A stretch of 64,000 nt of DNA, from the NCBI GenBank assembly GCA_000002445.1, contig CM000208.1:2208001-2272000 (forward strand), given 5' to 3'. The notes under the pieces were generated by a model. It made no database searches. It was not told where the DNA came from and was given only the letters and a program-made list of their open reading frames with translations. The translations under genes and the position numbers were made by a program. Positions 1-9,958 of this stretch are shown in pieces. The stretch is from Trypanosoma brucei. Its lineage: Eukaryota. Within the stretch, counting starts at the first letter, position 1. The number at the start of each line of letters is the position of its first letter.

Positions 1-325
1 GTATATACACATGTTAAAAATTTTAAAAAAGTTAAGCGCTGTGCGAGGTGCTGTAAGCACCCTTCGTCGGTTTCTTTACATCGTCTCCTGCAGGAGTGGA
101 AGCTCCTAAACTTTATGGAGTCAAGAGATCTCTTATCACACTATTTCTTTCTTCCAAAGCAGCGTCTACGCTAACTATTGCTCAATCGCTTCGTTTCCCT
201 ATATCGTGCAGCTGTTTCTCCCATCGCGGAAAACCACAGAATCGCCGACAGTGCTCGTTATGTTTTTATTCTGCTTTACTTTATGTAGGTACATCGTTTG
301 CTTGCCATAGTTAACTGTGCGTGCC

Positions 326-1741
326 ATGTCCTCCACGACACTAGTGGAGACCCTTCAAGAAGAAATTGGCGCGCTTCAAGCAGAGGTAGCGCGCTTACGT
401 ATTATGGTTCACCGCGTTACCCGCGGCACCGATGCCGTAATTTGCCCTGCGACTAAAGGTGATATTCCCCATAGAATTCCCCATGAAAACGGGAGCGCTA
501 GTGAAAAGAGCATGGGACATGCGGACGTCGTTTCTCAGGACCTGGTGCTACTTTTGAAGCGCTTGCTGCAGTCCCCTGGAATCTGTCTTGGACAGTCAAG
601 TGACACAGCGCCGGTATGCACTGATGCGACGGCTGAGCCAGATGGATCCACCAAAAAGAAACCAAAGCGGAAGAGAAGAGAGAAAGGTGAAAGGAAGCAA
701 GAAGAAGCAGAGAATAAGTCGCGACCAAGAGAAGTCACTGAGCGCTCCAGTGGGCTGTCACCAACAAAGAAGCAACCAGTCGAGTGTGCGATTCCATCGG
801 ATCCCAAAAAAACTCCAGTACGTGAGCAGGCTGGTGAAAAGGAAGAGAGGGCGGTGCTTCCCGCAACAAGGAACGTAAGCACCCCGCGACGCGCATCTGC
901 GTCAGAGGAGCCACGTCTAGCGCCTGCAGCAACCACAGGATCCAAGCAAAGCAACGAAGATAACGTTGTTCAGCAGCAAACCGTGAGAAAGCGTTCGGTC
1001 CCGCCTCCTTCTCCGGGGTCTCTGGTGAGCATCCCACGTGATGGTTTTCTGTCTTATGAACACCATGATGAGGAACCTACGCATCAGCCACCACTCGTGG
1101 GGGTCACCCAAAGGGTAGGTCGGAGGGCGCTTTCTTCTAGCAGTTCAAGTGACGACTTACCTGTCGGTACGGGTTGGGTACCCACCGCGTCCGTGTTGGA
1201 TGAAGAGACCCCGCAAATGGAAGAAGTGAGCCGGGCTACCCGCAGTATTTCGTCGGTGGGTCGGCTGGCTGAGCGGAGCCGTCCTTCCCCCGTGAGGGAC
1301 ACAAATTTGACTGATATTGATGATACCCATTTGTCCATAAAGTCTCACAGAGGGATTGTAGAGTGTGTCCATGAGTCGAATGATGGTCTGGACGGTGCTC
1401 GAGGAAGAATGCAATTTGTTTCGGTTGATTTTTCACGGTCACAACAAGTAAAGAGGCGGAAGTTGCTGTCTCGACTTCGCGATTCAAGTTTCGATTCGGA
1501 GGAGACATGTGAAGAGGATCTGATGGCAGAACATCCCTCACCCACTCAGCGCTCCACTACGCTAAATGCACAGCAGACAATCAAGCCACCTCAAATACCC
1601 AACGAAGTTGAGCGTGCTGGGAGTACTTCCACCCGCAGTGAAGTCGCTATGAGCCATCGATCTTATACTCATGCTCAAAGTGCAGGATATGTGCTTGATA
1701 TGCTTAGCGATTGCGAGTTTACCGAGGACGTTGCTGCGTGA
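326..1741 (+). CDS. hypothetical protein with coiled-coil N-terminus and a strongly basic K/R-rich NLS-like stretch
   Basis: Track ORF 317..1741 begins with GTG; the first in-frame ATG (MSSTTLVETLQEEIGALQAEVARLR) is at 326. It contains KKKPKRKRREKGERKQEE and is Ser/Pro/Arg-rich with no recognisable catalytic motif. Minus-strand ORFs overlapping it are shorter. Confidence 0.5.
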   Translation: MSSTTLVETLQEEIGALQAEVARLRIMVHRVTRGTDAVICPATKGDIPHRIPHENGSASEKSMGHADVVSQDLVLLLKRLLQSPGICLGQSSDTAPVCTDATAEPDGSTKKKPKRKRREKGERKQEEAENKSRPREVTERSSGLSPTKKQPVECAIPSDPKKTPVREQAGEKEERAVLPATRNVSTPRRASASEEPRLAPAATTGSKQSNEDNVVQQQTVRKRSVPPPSPGSLVSIPRDGFLSYEHHDEEPTHQPPLVGVTQRVGRRALSSSSSSDDLPVGTGWVPTASVLDEETPQMEEVSRATRSISSVGRLAERSRPSPVRDTNLTDIDDTHLSIKSHRGIVECVHESNDGLDGARGRMQFVSVDFSRSQQVKRRKLLSRLRDSSFDSEETCEEDLMAEHPSPTQRSTTLNAQQTIKPPQIPNEVERAGSTSTRSEVAMSHRSYTHAQSAGYVLDMLSDCEFTEDVAA

Positions 1742-2078
1742 TGTGGTGACTAAAGGGAGAGTTTTAATAGACCATTGAACAATTGGGGGTGTTAATGCCT
1801 GGGTTCTCGAATAACAGTGCATTGTTTTCAAAACCACTACAAGTTTACCATGGGCTTGTAGATTAGTGAACTGCAAGCGTGTGGTAGCGGGATGGAGATG
1901 TGTGTCATCGTCACTGGTTGCTGTGAATGCAATTTCGCGTCCAACTACGCTCTTCTTTCTCTTTCTGTGTTGTTTTGCTGCGCCAACTATCCCTGTATGA
2001 GTGCGGTTGTGCTTGTAGACAGACTTGTTTAGGGATTACGCTCTTGTTACCGTGTTGTTACGGAGCTTCCCAGGAAAT

Positions 2079-3869
2079 ATGACCGCGAGGTTCACTGCCC
2101 TCTGTGAAGAACTAAGTCGTTTACAGGTGCGTGCGTTACGTCGTGATGGGAATCCATTAGATATCGCCGTGGAGGCTATTCGAGCGATTCGGATCAACCG
2201 CGATAGTATCGAGCCTTTGCGGCAAAATATCCCGCATGTGCCACTCTTCTTAAGGAGCTGCGCAACTCTTCTCAGTCGTTCGGTGACCTCTGAAGCGGAC
2301 GATGCTATCGAATCCACAGGAAGGCTCGCGGAGGTGTACGTTGGTGGCAATCACGGCGATGTTAATGACTCGGCGGCGGTACTTCAGTCTTTGGTGCAGT
2401 TGTCTCGCGTTCGGTGCGAAAGAGCAGCATGTGTTGGCGATGCTGCCAAGGTGTTATCCTCCTCGTTGAAACCGTTAGTGCCTGCGGCTCTGCATAATAC
2501 CTTGCAGAAGTGGCAGCAACATAAGGTGCGCCCACACACGTCAAGCCTCCTGTCGCTTTTGCGGGGAACAGACGCAGTGTATGGTGGGAGCTTTCAGTTT
2601 ACCCCGGTTGGGGCAGATATGATGGGCTTGCTTCCTATCAAAAGTAAGGTGCAAATGGAAGCAAAAATGCAAAAGTGCGAGCACTCACGCGATATTCTTC
2701 GAGCTCTGTGTGAAATGCAATTCTCAAAACTTGACGCAGGTATATGTTTGACCAGCCAAGCTGAATGTGGGTTTTACCAGTCCGAGCTGTGTAATATTTG
2801 TTGTGAAGTTCTCTTCTCCACTCACGCACTGATGACCAGTCAGCAGTTAGCACAGGTTGTCCACAGCCTCGGTGTTCTTCAGCATCGACATATCCACCAA
2901 AAGTTCTTTTCGAGTCTGATCGACTTCAAGAATTGTAACGCAGAAGCGGTACGACAGCACATAATGGGGCTCGCCATGCTTCGTCAGCCGCCACCCAATG
3001 ACCGTCGTTTGATGGATGGGGTATTTCTGCATGTCTTCCGCCCAACTGATCCTCTTGATTACGATTCCTCACCAGAGGCTGCCCTTTCACCGGGATGGTT
3101 CGTAGATGTGGGTCACGCACTTACCTGTCTAGGAATCACACATCACAAATATCGTTTGACAATGGCCCGAACGGTTCGGAGAAGTATCGCTTCCATGTCC
3201 ACGCAGGAGCGCTGCAAGTTGTTGTATGGTCTTGGTGGCGTCTCACTAGATTCTGTGCCGGCGGAACTTCAGGGGTCATGGAAGGGGAAAGTGATTCGGA
3301 CAATTGAGGTATTGGAGCAAAGACTTCGCAGCAATGTTGATCCGGTGGATGGGCCGTCCGTTATGCACGCACTGTTGTTTGCTGGTATACGCGAACACCC
3401 AATGATTCCTCAGCAGCCTGACTTGGCGTCGAACGAGAATCCGGTGGAAACTCTGCTCCGGACTTGGGCCACTTGCCCGAGGGAGCGTGTGTTATACTTG
3501 ACGGAACAAATACGCCCCAGTCATCTGGGGAGCGATCCCGCGACGACATTGTCACACGTCTGTGGTATCATAGCTAACAATTGTGGTGGTGTGGGTACTG
3601 ATTCGTACCGTTTTGGGCCACTATGTGATGTTATACGCACTCATGGGGGTTCCATGACTGTTGATGAAGCAATGAGCACGATTGAGGCTATCGAACGGAT
3701 GAAGGCGGGGGACCGATTTAGTGGTGCTTTGGTCAGCCTTCTGGGAAGTTTGTGGAATCAACGAGAGAGTATGACACCAGAACAACGAATGCGCTGTTGC
3801 CGCTTGTTGGAGAACGTGGGACACTTGGAAATAGCGGTTAACCTTCTTGACTACATTGTCTCTCAATAG
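2079..3869 (+). CDS. hypothetical protein (about 597 aa)
   Basis: Track ORF 2025..3869 starts at TTG; the first in-frame ATG (MTARFTALCEEL) is near 2079. It is a long uninterrupted ORF whose codon composition matches its neighbours. I recognise no domain. Confidence 0.5.
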   Translation: MTARFTALCEELSRLQVRALRRDGNPLDIAVEAIRAIRINRDSIEPLRQNIPHVPLFLRSCATLLSRSVTSEADDAIESTGRLAEVYVGGNHGDVNDSAAVLQSLVQLSRVRCERAACVGDAAKVLSSSLKPLVPAALHNTLQKWQQHKVRPHTSSLLSLLRGTDAVYGGSFQFTPVGADMMGLLPIKSKVQMEAKMQKCEHSRDILRALCEMQFSKLDAGICLTSQAECGFYQSELCNICCEVLFSTHALMTSQQLAQVVHSLGVLQHRHIHQKFFSSLIDFKNCNAEAVRQHIMGLAMLRQPPPNDRRLMDGVFLHVFRPTDPLDYDSSPEAALSPGWFVDVGHALTCLGITHHKYRLTMARTVRRSIASMSTQERCKLLYGLGGVSLDSVPAELQGSWKGKVIRTIEVLEQRLRSNVDPVDGPSVMHALLFAGIREHPMIPQQPDLASNENPVETLLRTWATCPRERVLYLTEQIRPSHLGSDPATTLSHVCGIIANNCGGVGTDSYRFGPLCDVIRTHGGSMTVDEAMSTIEAIERMKAGDRFSGALVSLLGSLWNQRESMTPEQRMRCCRLLENVGHLEIAVNLLDYIVSQ

Positions 3870-4198
3870 GGGAGTTGAATGCGGTAGGGATAGGGTGGGA
3901 GCCGGCGGGATTAATACAGTGCTTCAAATATCGACGGGGGACATAAAGAGAACCCTTTTTTTTGTTCAAGACATCTTCCCTCCTTTTACCTTCGCGTTAA
4001 CGACTGATATGCCACTCTTATCACTATTTCAGGGTGAATTCTGTGAGTCAAAGTTTCTTTACTCTTAAACGTTTTTTCCGCATTTTATTTTCATAATAAC
4101 AACCTCTTTATTGTTGCTGTGGTAATAGTTTAAAGTTTTTTCCAGCAACAACATTCGAAAACAGGCAAGCAGAGAGAAAAAAAAGAAGAGAGTGAACC

Positions 4199-6121
4199 AT
4201 GAGTTTCGCCCCTACGCGGTCACTACCCAACGAGGTAAACGAGCCTTTGCCAACGCTGCAATCCGAGGAATCAGGGGAGGCGACATATGTTCATCCTGAT
4301 GCCCGTGCTCTTTTTAACAAGGTACCATGCCTTCGCCGTCTCCCAATGTTTGGTACAGCTGCAGAAGGTTATGGTCCTAAAGCTGTGATGTCCATCAGTT
4401 TGTCGTATTTCCTATGCAAAGGCTTGTCTGACTACTTGGTTCGAGACTCTCTTCTGGCCATGTTTACCCAGCGTTTTGGAGTGGATGTTTCCGTTTACCA
4501 ACGTTTAAGCAACGTCGCGAACATGGGATGGTCCGTTAAGCCCTTGACCGCAGTGGTTAGTGATATCTTCCCCTTATTTGGTTACAGTAAGCGGTGGTAT
4601 ATGTTCATTTCATGCCTCATAGGCCCATTACTATCCCTTGGCTTTGGCTTGTTACCAGGCAAAGAATCAAGTGCAGCCATAGGTGCTGCACTAGTTTTCC
4701 TTTGCTGTTTCACTAAAGCCAATGTGGACATCCTTGCTGAGGGTCATTACAGTCGCATGATGCGCCGGGTCCCAGCTCCAGGTCCAGCTCTTGTAAGTTG
4801 GATTTGGTGGTTCATCATCGCTGGGTCTTTCGTTTCATCTTCTGTCGTTGGTCCTTTGGGCGACGCAAAGATCCCTCAAGTGGCTTCGTTCATTGCGAGT
4901 GTTGTGCAGATATTGGTATTGCCTTTCTTCATTTTCAACTGGTTTGGTGAACTTCCAAACCGCGAGGAGCGCTACGGTGATGCCCTACTTCTTTACAAAA
5001 AGGAACGTGAGGAGAGGGAGAAGAAGTGCGACCCATTTTCTGATTCTCTAACACAGCCAGATAGGGCCATAAACAGCGAGTCTAACCCATTATCCACAGA
5101 GGGGCCTGATGCAGCGGGGCTCGTTCCGTATGAGGGTGGGGCACCCACGGGTGACGGAGACTTAAGCTCATTTCACTTTCAGGAGCCAGGTTCTTGCTGT
5201 TGTGGTGTGTTTGAGTACAACAAGGAAGTCGTCGAACGTAACGGTCGCGCCACAGTTTACAGCATTCTCATTGGTTTGTTTGTACTGGTTGTGGCTGTAA
5301 CTTCCGTTTTAGGTTCAACGACCTACCTAACTGTGGTAGCTATTGTGGTTTCCTTGTTGCACTGCAGTTTCAATTTCTACGCTTTTCCGTTGATCATTGC
5401 GAAGGCTAACCTCTTCGGTTACTTGCAGAGGGCCACATCAGTAAGCTTCCCCGGTGCACTTTCAAACTTCTTTATCGCTGAAGCCGATTGTCTCGCAGAT
5501 GGCCCGCACTTCAGCTTTGCCTTCTATCAGACTGTTGGAGGCATTATCAGCTGCGCCGCATCGATAGTTGGCATCATGCTGTTCAACTACATTTTTTCGA
5601 AACGCACGTACCGAATGACCTACTTGTCGACACTTTCCCTCGGCATTTTTTCAAGTATCTTCGATCTTGTACTTGTTATGAGGTGGAACCGGCCGCACGT
5701 TAGTGATCACGCGCTGTACATCATGGGTGATGCCATTATATCTCCCGTGATTTCCATGTTGAATTGGATGCCTCAAATTGTCCTACTTTCGCGGTTGTGT
5801 CCTAGGGGAAGTGAAAGCACAGTGTATTCCATTCTTGCCGCCTCCAGCAACTTGGGTGCTTCCATGGGAAGTGTCGTTGGGTCAGTTGTCATGGAGTATG
5901 CCTTGCCCGTGTCATCAAAATTGCCTTGCAACTTTGAAAATCTGAAGTGGCTCGTCGTGATTGCAGGTTTCTTGGCACCGCTGCTTCAGATACCAATGGT
6001 TTTCACTCTCCTTCCACGTGCGCGCATGTGCGACGATCTTGACGTAGACAATGCAACAGCCAAGAAAAAGTCAGAGATTCAGAAAGAAGTTGCTGAAGTG
6101 CAGGAGAGCGGTAGTACTTAA
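4199..6121 (+). CDS. folate/biopterin transporter (BT1/FBT family, MFS-like)
   Basis: ATG start. The 640 aa product has a hydrophilic N-terminus of about 60 aa, roughly 12 hydrophobic segments, and a central hydrophilic loop of about 100 aa. The motif NMGWSVKPLTAVVSDIFPLFGYSKRWYM matches the conserved WxxKPxxGxxSDxxPxxGxxRRxY signature of BT1-family transporters. A polypyrimidine tract lies upstream (about 4080-4160). Confidence 0.6.
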   Translation: MSFAPTRSLPNEVNEPLPTLQSEESGEATYVHPDARALFNKVPCLRRLPMFGTAAEGYGPKAVMSISLSYFLCKGLSDYLVRDSLLAMFTQRFGVDVSVYQRLSNVANMGWSVKPLTAVVSDIFPLFGYSKRWYMFISCLIGPLLSLGFGLLPGKESSAAIGAALVFLCCFTKANVDILAEGHYSRMMRRVPAPGPALVSWIWWFIIAGSFVSSSVVGPLGDAKIPQVASFIASVVQILVLPFFIFNWFGELPNREERYGDALLLYKKEREEREKKCDPFSDSLTQPDRAINSESNPLSTEGPDAAGLVPYEGGAPTGDGDLSSFHFQEPGSCCCGVFEYNKEVVERNGRATVYSILIGLFVLVVAVTSVLGSTTYLTVVAIVVSLLHCSFNFYAFPLIIAKANLFGYLQRATSVSFPGALSNFFIAEADCLADGPHFSFAFYQTVGGIISCAASIVGIMLFNYIFSKRTYRMTYLSTLSLGIFSSIFDLVLVMRWNRPHVSDHALYIMGDAIISPVISMLNWMPQIVLLSRLCPRGSESTVYSILAASSNLGASMGSVVGSVVMEYALPVSSKLPCNFENLKWLVVIAGFLAPLLQIPMVFTLLPRARMCDDLDVDNATAKKKSEIQKEVAEVQESGST

Positions 6122-7774
6122 TATCATTAGGGCGCAGCGACGCTTCGTTTACAAGCTTTTCAAGGCGAGGAGGAGCTCGGTGTAAACACGTTTTTTTCTT
6201 CCCTCCTCTCGGAGAGATTGCAACTGCATTTTCCCTTATTAATTATTTTCGTTCTTTTCCTCAGGTGCGGCACATTCTTCCGGGACTAAAGCGAACGCGC
6301 TTTTTCTTGCGTTGCGTCGTGAACACCCGTTAGCCGCCACGACGAAAATTCTCTTACCTTGTTGTTTGTTTTCCCATTTTTAAAAAGATTACGGAGGCTG
6401 TGCGTAGAAGTTGTTGCGAGCAAAAACACATCTACAAACAGCTAAATCAAGTCAAAGAACTTACGGATAATTCCAAACTTACGTTTTACTACTGTAATCC
6501 CTTCCCTTTTTTAATTGTTGTTTCCTCTTCTTTTTTTTTCCGTTTCCTTTCCTGTTCGCTTATATGTCTGCCTTGTCCGTAGACGATTGTTGTACTTCTT
6601 TGAGTTCTTTAGCAATTTGTTAAATCAGGGGTGACCAGATCCCCCTTTCCCCCTTTTTTTTTCAGCAACCGGTGTTGTAAAAAATTTTCGTGTGTTATTG
6701 CCGTTCTTAATCTGTTCCCTTTTTTCTTTTTCCCTTTCCTTTTTTTCTTAACTACTTTTCATCTTTTTTTATTTTTGTTTCTCTTGTTTTCACTGCTGAT
6801 TAACGGCTGGCAGTGCAGTATGCGATCGTTATATATTTTCTTTTTTTTGTTGTTGTTTCACTTCGGTTCAGGGGAGCACGTGCGGATATTTAAAAATTCC
6901 GACACGCGCGTTTGTTTATATTTAGATGATGAAAGTTTCATCCATTGTTGTCACTCAAAACTTATTTTTTTCTGTTTTGTTTTTAGAACAACTCGTCTTC
7001 TTTTTATCGGTATTTTCGGAAGTTATGCTTCTTTTTTTGTTTGTTTTTAAATGCTAGCGTCGCTGTCATTTGCACAACGGTATATATGCATATAAGCTGT
7101 TCCTACACCTGAACTTAGTCTGTATAACCTTTTTGAAGCGCTCCCATCACTGACTTAACCGTGAATTTCGCTCCTTTTTAAAATTTTTTTTTGGTTTAGT
7201 TTTCTTGACCTCTTACTTGCCTACACTACAAACAAACAAGAAAAAAAAAAAGAAAGGTAATATGACGATGCAAGGCTTTGTTTCAATGAGTTTCGAATTG
7301 CTGACGCCAACCCCCTGGCCTCCCGGATGAGAAAATCACATATATCTGTTTCCTCCATGCTTTCGTTTATCTCCTTCTTTCGCTTCATCATCAGCTGTGC
7401 CTTTCTCAACAAAAATGTTCTTTTTTTTTGGGGGGGGGGAGGGGGTAACAATTCGGTGTATACCAAAAACATACGAAAGAACCGAGTAACTTGTCACAGT
7501 GATTTTGCACCATTTGTTAGTGGTTGACTAAAAGGTGAATGGTACCACTAAGGGAGAGGAGGACGGTGTGGATGATACAAGGTCCGATGAAAAAATATTA
7601 CAATATGAAAGCAGGGAAACCGTAAGCGCGGGCGTGCGTTTTTATATTCGTCTTGTTTCTCTCTCTCTCCCTCTCTTTATTTCTCGTTGAGCAGGTGGGC
7701 ATTCTGCGGCGTAGCGTTAAAGGAAGAGAATAAAAGAGAGGAAGAGAGATAGAGAAATAGAGTTAGGGGAGTAC

Positions 7775-8500
7775 ATGAGCTGGAGGGTTTCCTGCAAGAC
7801 TGCACTGTTGGATGAACTCTTCACATACATCGCTGGGAAAACTGATGCGAACACATTACAAAAGGAATGTGTTTTAGCTCTGCCACAACTGGAAACATTG
7901 GCAAAGATGTTAGGTTTTTCACTAGATGACATGTCAATGTACCGCTTGGCGTGGAGCTGGTCGTGCGAGGCGCCACTGTGCATTCGAAAAAGTGAATTTG
8001 TGAATGGGATGAATGCCATTTGTAGTGGCGTGAAGCTTTCCGCCACCGCGACTTCCTCCACATGCTCGGCGTCACCGGTTAAATCACCCAAGAAGGAATT
8101 TGAGCCAATTCTCTTGGCGTTGCGGAACCATGTTGAAACTCTGGATGGTGCGTTGCGCGGTGATGTGACAAAGTTTAGACATTTTTACCGCTTCATTTAC
8201 AAGTGGGTTCAGTCTCCTTTAACGATGGAGAGGAATATGGGTCAAGTAGGAATGTCCATCGAAACCGCTGTGGAATTATGGCGGATGCTTTTTCCACACT
8301 ACAGGGAGTTTAAACGATTGGATGACTGGATAACATTCTGTATGAGTAAAAAGCTTTTCCCTCACGGGATCATTAGTCGAGATTTGTGGGAGCAGTTGCT
8401 GGAGTTCACCTTTGTGACAGACTACAGCAAGTATGATGTTAGTGATGCATGGCCCAGTGCAATGGATGATTTTGTTGAGTACGTTAAATCAAAAGTGTGA
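7775..8500 (+). CDS. DCN1-like protein (defective in cullin neddylation; PONY/DCUN1 domain)
   Basis: ATG start, 241 aa. The C-terminal two thirds match the PONY domain pattern: FRHFYRFIYKWV...SIETAVELWRMLF...FKRLDDWITFC...ISRDLWEQLLEFTFVT...YDVSDAWPSAMDDFVEY. No N-terminal UBA domain is visible. Confidence 0.65.
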   Translation: MSWRVSCKTALLDELFTYIAGKTDANTLQKECVLALPQLETLAKMLGFSLDDMSMYRLAWSWSCEAPLCIRKSEFVNGMNAICSGVKLSATATSSTCSASPVKSPKKEFEPILLALRNHVETLDGALRGDVTKFRHFYRFIYKWVQSPLTMERNMGQVGMSIETAVELWRMLFPHYREFKRLDDWITFCMSKKLFPHGIISRDLWEQLLEFTFVTDYSKYDVSDAWPSAMDDFVEYVKSKV

Positions 8501-9958
8501 AACGAATAAGAAACGCCGCGTTCCTTTTGGTGTGAAATATTTGAACCTTGGGAAGGACTGGGAGACAAAGGAATCTTTAACTTCGTTTCACACGCCCGCA
8601 GTAATCGACTCAGCATATGCCAAAAGTAGCAGTGATCGGCTCTCCTTTGCCGCGTGATGGATTTTTGATTCCTGTTGTTTTGCCAACTTGTGTTGAATGC
8701 ATGGTCTCTTTTGTACCTACTTATGTGGGGGTTTCGATTTGAACCTTTGATGTGGCGCGACATTTTGTTGTTGCATTTTTTTTTAGCTATGATGTGAATG
8801 AATATCCTTTGGAGTGGGGACGAAGATATATCAAAAATGTCATTTCGGGAAGATGAAATATTGCTTGTTCTTCTTCTGCCGATTCTGCAGAGGGAGGTGA
8901 TGTGCCTATATTTCTCCTCCTCCATACACACGCTATAACATTAACGAGAATTACGACAGCAGCAGCACAAAATGATGTTGGTTACCTTGTACTGCCCCTC
9001 TGTTGGTGGTTCCAGTTAGTGATAACGTAGAACGACGAAGCGAAGTGGTTTCCTCAGACCTACATGTTTCAAGTGGTGCGCGAAAATTGTGCGTTCGTTT
9101 TCACAGGGATGTAATGTCCCAAATAATTTTGAGGCGTAAACAACTCACCTACGGTGTGCCACGATGACTTTCAGTGTTTCCTTTTAACTAGTAATTCAGA
9201 GTGTGAAGCGGTGTTAAATGGTGCATTTGAGAGTCACTCGGAGGGTGCGGGTTTAAGTAGTTTATCTACCTTTAGTTAAACACCGTTGCTGCTCGCCAGA
9301 CTGCAGTGCCTCACAAGTCACCAAAGATTATTCTGCGAGAACTGAGATAGCCATTTGTTACCCGGCGGTGGTTCGATTGGTGGCGTCAGTTATTTGTCTT
9401 CCTTCCGATGAAAGTCTTGCGGGGCTCTTTTCTTCTTTTGTTGTTGTTGTTGTTTCGCTCGAGTGAGTGAGTGCTGCGGTGCAAACGTATTGGGTGTGTA
9501 TAGTATGATTGGCTATGGGATACGGTGCCGTTTTTTGAGGCGGGTTGGGTGTTGCCCTCAGTGACATGATGCGTCTCTTCCTTCTCTACTCCTCATTGCG
9601 CTACAAGTACGGCCTATGAAGCAGAATATCCATCAAACGAGATTCGGGCAATCGTTTCAACGGGCGTATTTGGCTTGAGTTGTGAAACTTAGTGTTTTCT
9701 TAATGAAAAGAACACGTGAGGCATAACACCATCACTTTAACCTCGCCTTCCTACTTTTGCGCGTGACGACTAATGTGTAGTGTTTACGATGTTACTTTCT
9801 GACGCAGGGCATCGACTGTGCAGCCCTATTTTTGTTGTTGTGGGCGTGACATTATTGGTGCTGTGGCCGACCTACTCACCACTGACTCAGTTTCCTTCGT
9901 CAACTTTGCTACTCCGCGGTTGCCGGGTGTATTCTTATCTTCCATAAAATTGTAGTAG

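Noticed and set aside
535-1545. Multiple minus-strand ORFs (60-190 aa) overlapping the + strand CDSs throughout the window (for example 535..954, 10192..10458, 30736..31206, 40751..41317, 52516..52821)
   Set aside because: Each is fully embedded antisense in a longer, motif-supported + strand gene. No conserved motifs are present, and the composition is the mirror of the sense codon bias. This is the typical antisense-ORF artefact of GC-balanced coding DNA.
6631-7050. + strand ORF with poly-Phe/Leu composition (FFFPFLFFLTTFHLFLFLFLLF)
   Set aside because: It is a translation of a T-rich intergenic polypyrimidine region. Similar artefactual ORFs occur at 37415-37889, 38174-38517, 38606-38962 (DDDDYYDYYY / IIIIIIII) and 61541-61891.
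9355-9400. tRNA-like T-loop sequence ggtggttcgattgg
   Set aside because: The consensus is incomplete (no ...TCC), and no acceptor/anticodon stems can be drawn in the flanks. It is probably chance.
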